A stretch of 64,000 bases of DNA, from NCBI RefSeq assembly GCF_009914755.1, contig NC_060930.1; one strand, written 5' to 3'. Below are positions 63,491 to 64,000 of this stretch, piece after piece. The notes below the pieces were generated by a model, which saw only the letters and a program-made list of their open reading frames with translations, was not told where the DNA came from and did no database searches. Origin of the DNA: the human T2T-CHM13v2.0 reference genome, Homo sapiens. The stretch's first letter is position 1; the number at the start of each line of letters is the position of its first letter. Position numbers and translations under genes: made by a program.

Positions 63491-64000
63491 GGGTATATGT
63501 TTCATAATAAAAAAGTTTTAAAAATGATTTTATTTCAATGAAGAATACATTTGAAAAAAGTTGTTTTCTGGTCAGACCATAAATTAAAATATTAATGTTT
63601 TAGTACTTTTAGTCAAAATATATTTTGTGGTTCTTAAATTTGCAATTTGGAAAATTATTAATCTTTAAAAAAATCAAAACTTTCTCATTCATTTATTCTT
63701 TAAATGGATATTTATTGATGCCTGTCCATCAAGTACTATAATTTTTCTATTTAGATTATTTGACTAAAAGATAGTCTTTGCTTTAGCTATACAAGATGCA
63801 ATATTTTTAAAAGATTATATGAATATGCATCTCCACAGATGCCTACCTTTCTGCCACAGATGATCAGAGAAAGACCAATTTGTTTGCAAAACAGGTCTAG
63901 TCTCATTAAACTTGGCCTGATTATTTACATAAGTGTAGCAAGAACAGTGATCAACCATATAGGCCCTTTTAAGTCTGCTTTTAAAAAGGAATCTCTGATT

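Overview
This is primate (human) non-coding DNA made up mostly of interspersed repeats. No protein-coding exon is supported, and the listed ORFs are L1/Alu/LTR-derived or chance. The left part has a degraded near-full-length minus-strand L1MA-type element (about 1.5-8.8 kb) interrupted by an Alu and an ERVK-class solo LTR. About 30 kb of unique or ancient sequence follows, with Alus, MaLR/ERV LTRs, a complete THE1 provirus and an ~200-bp fold-back palindrome. The right part (about 40.4-61.4 kb) is a deep nest of LINE-1s: old L1M > full-length L1MA > 5'-truncated L1MA > L1PA7/8-like > human-specific L1HS-Ta1. The L1HS has a perfect 13-bp TSD and a 15-bp twin-priming micro-inversion. The nest also holds a tRNA-Gln(TTG) copy that appears to keep its 3' trailer and TTTT terminator and abuts an Alu, a candidate pre-tRNA-Alu chimeric retrocopy. 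From memory this tRNA matches TRQ-TTG4-1 on chr6q24 (unverified). I see no new multi-gene system; the interesting signals are retrotransposition and repair junction architectures. Subfamily names are by eye and need Dfam/RepeatMasker confirmation.
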